Source: Malacoraja senta (Eukaryota). Taken from it: a stretch of DNA of 64,000 nt. Under the pieces are notes generated by a model. That model was not told the DNA's origin and did not search any database. It worked only from the letters and a program-made list of their open reading frames with translations. This document shows positions 61,677-64,000 of the stretch, one piece after another. Both the position numbers and the translations under genes were made by a program. The DNA lies in contig CM075988.1 of assembly GCA_038087875.1 (NCBI GenBank), positions 7,132,001-7,196,000 of the forward strand. Reading direction: 5' to 3'. Each line of letters opens with the position of its first letter. Position 1 is the first letter of the stretch.

Positions 61677-61759
61677 GAGAGAGTGACTCCAACAGATCTG
61701 GTGATTTTAATGACTGGAGCTATTTGTCATGACCTGGATCACCCTGGCTACAACAATGC
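61677..61759 (+). CDS. PDE9A: PDE9A-like coding exon 12: [27 protein letters not shown](A); gene continues beyond the window
   Basis: gtacag|GAG...GC|gtgagt, 83 nt; class I PDE signature HDxxHxGxxN. Confidence 0.98.
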
Positions 61760-62569
61760 GTGAGTTTGAATGTATTCTGTAACTACTGGTGAGCTATTTC
61801 AATAGGGATTCAACGTGAGGAAAATTGACCAACTGCGTTATATTGAGAACTGTATGTTCCACGGTAAACTGGGAAATGTAATCAAGGAATAGTAAAATCT
61901 GCAAAGAGTTGTATAGATTTAACATGGCGTTGTAGGCACTGAAGCTTAGATTCAACAGTTTGGCTACACGTTGAACTGTGAGATTTAATGTATTGTGCAA
62001 CAATCTATCTGGATTAAACAATGTTGATATAAGAAATAGCAGCAGTTGGTTATTGAGCTCTTTGAGTGTACGCTGCCATTTAATAAGCCAACAGCTTAAA
62101 GGAATTTCACATAACTGCAATAAAATGATATATTTGAAATCTAAGAGGTGCAGAGATAGAGTTGCTGCCTTACAGCGCCAGAGACCCAGGTTTGTTCCTA
62201 TCTACTGGTGCTGTCTGTACAGTGTTTGCATATTCTCCCTGTGACCGCTTGGGTTTTCTCTGGATGCTCTGGTTTCCCCCAACATTTCAAAGATGGGTAG
62301 GTTTGTAGGTTAATTGGCTTCTGTAAAATTGTTCCTAGAGTTTAAGATAGAAATAGTCTACGGAGTGATTGCAGTTCTATTCAATCTCTACTTGTAATTT
62401 ACCCATCCCATCCCAGGAATCTATTGATTTTTTTTGTCAACCTTTCCAGCCTAAAAATATATGTGTATAAAATATGTATATAAAAATATATATCTCTGCC
62501 GACTGGATAGCACGCAAACAAAGCTTTTCACTGTACCTGGTGACAATAAACGAAACAAAATATATCCCG

Positions 62570-64000
62570 CGATAGACACAAAATGCTGGAGTAACTCAGC
62601 GGAACATGCAGCATCTCTGGAGAGAAGGAATGGGTGACTATTCGGGTCGAGACCCTTCTCCAGACTGACGTCAGGGGGGAGGGAGATAGATAGATAAGGA
62701 AGTGTGAAGGTGTGAAAACAGGGCAAAGGGAATGGAGATCAAGGAAAATGTAGAATAGATCATTGTTAGCTGGGAGAAGGTAACAGCAAAGCAAACAGAG
62801 ACAAAATGTAGTCGGAGACAGTAAAACTGGTCGGAGAACTGGGAAGGGGAAGGGATGGAGAGAGAGGGAAAGCAAGGGTTACTTGAATACAATACAATAC
62901 AATACAATACAATTTATTTGTCATTTGGACCCCGTTGAGGTCCAAACGAAATGTCGTTTCTGCAGCCATACATTCCAAAATGAAAAGACCTGAGACACAA
63001 CACAATTTACACATACATCCATCACAGCACTGTGATGGAAGGCAAAAAAAACCGTATCTCTCCACTGCACTCCCCCCCCCCCCCCCCCAATGTCAGAGTC
63101 AAAATCAAAGCCCCCGGCGGGCGATGGTGATTGTCCCACGGCCATTAAAGCCACGCCGGATGATGCAAGGTCGCGCACCGGGTCTTGAAGTTAGAGAAGA
63201 CAATGTTCATACCGCTGGGGGTAAGCTACCCAAGCGAAATATGAGGTGCTGTTCCTCCAATTTGCACTGGGCCTCACTCTGACAATGGAGGAGGCCCAGG
63301 ACAGAAAGGTCAATGTGGGTAAGGGAGGGGGAGTTAAAGTGTCCAGTAACCGGGAGATCAGATAGGTTTCAAGTGGATTGAGCGGAGATATTCAGCGAAA
63401 CAATCGTCGAGCCTGCGTTTGCTCTCGCCGATAGACAGGAGTCCACACCTAGAACAGCGAATACAGTAGAACCTCTGCTTCACCTAAAAGATGGTTGGGG
63501 TCCTTGGACGGAGTCGAGGGGGGAGGTATAGGAACAGGTGTTCTCTTGCGGTTGCAGGGGAAAGTGCCTGGGGAGACCGTGCTTTGAGTGGGAAGGGACG
63601 AGTTGACCAGGGAGTTGCGGAGGGAACGGTCTCTGCGGAAAGGGGTGGAGATGAGAAGATGTGGAGGTGGGATCCTGTTGAAGGTGGCGAAAATGTCGGA
63701 GGATTATGTGACAGCTGATGGGGTGGAAAGTGAGGACCAGGGGGACACTCTCCCTGTTACGACTGGAGGGATGGGGAGCAAGAGCGGAGCTGCGGGATAT
63801 CGAGGATGGCCTAGTGAGGGCCTTGTCTATGACGGAAGAGGGGAACCTCAGATGTCCTGGTATGGAACACCTCATCTTGGGCACAGATGCGGGGTAGACG
63901 GAAGAATTGGGAGTATGGGATAGAGTCTTTACAGGAAGCAGGGTGGGAAGATGTGTAGTCTAGATAGCTGTGGGAGTCAGTGGGTTTAGAGTAGATGTCA
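62570..64000 (-). mobile_element. Penelope-like retroelement: RT thumb, GIY-YIG endonuclease and 3' terminal repeat with hammerhead-like motif; degraded
   Basis: - strand reads YLDYTSSHPASCKDSIPYSQF..L.RIC (63870-63970) and YCIRCSRCGLLSIGESKRRL..F.E (63390-63470). Ends CAGTCTGGAGAAGGGTCTCGACCCGAATAGTCACCC...TGTGTCTATC. Confidence 0.88.
62888..63183 (-). mobile_element. GC-rich retroposon, copy D (short, probably 5'-truncated), inserted in the Penelope element
   Basis: TSD CTTGAA at 62882-87 and 63184-89; hairpin 63018-63039; tail GACAAATAAA followed by (TTGTA)5. Confidence 0.75.

Overview
Repeat-dense vertebrate genomic DNA. The repeat repertoire (CR1/HER1-type LINEs, HE1/V-type tRNA SINEs, Penelope-like elements, Rex1/Babar) points to a cartilaginous fish, probably a skate or ray (inference). 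The only host gene I can support is a + strand PDE9A-family cGMP phosphodiesterase. Twelve GT-AG coding exons (16951-61759, 905 nt, phases consistent) run from the MGSASS N-terminus into the catalytic domain (HNFRH...[10 protein letters not shown]), and the gene continues past the window. It looks more like the fish pde9a-like paralogue than mammalian PDE9A. Most of the rest is transposon-derived. Best leads: (1) about 30 Penelope-derived short repeats carrying a minimal hammerhead-ribozyme motif, often as head-to-head palindromes, with the parent GIY-YIG/RT element at the right edge; (2) a GC-rich, non-tRNA retroposon family whose four copies share a covarying RNA hairpin but have different LINE-derived 3' tails; (3) a CpG-rich intronic region whose GTGAGT donor would create an in-frame ATG when spliced to the next PDE9 exon; (4) a ~310-bp local inverted duplication flanked by a 12-bp direct repeat; (5) a 5'-complete Rex1/Babar element and an AFC-like SINE that look teleost-like. 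Family assignments come from motif recognition, not database searches. Repeat boundaries are approximate unless a TSD is given.
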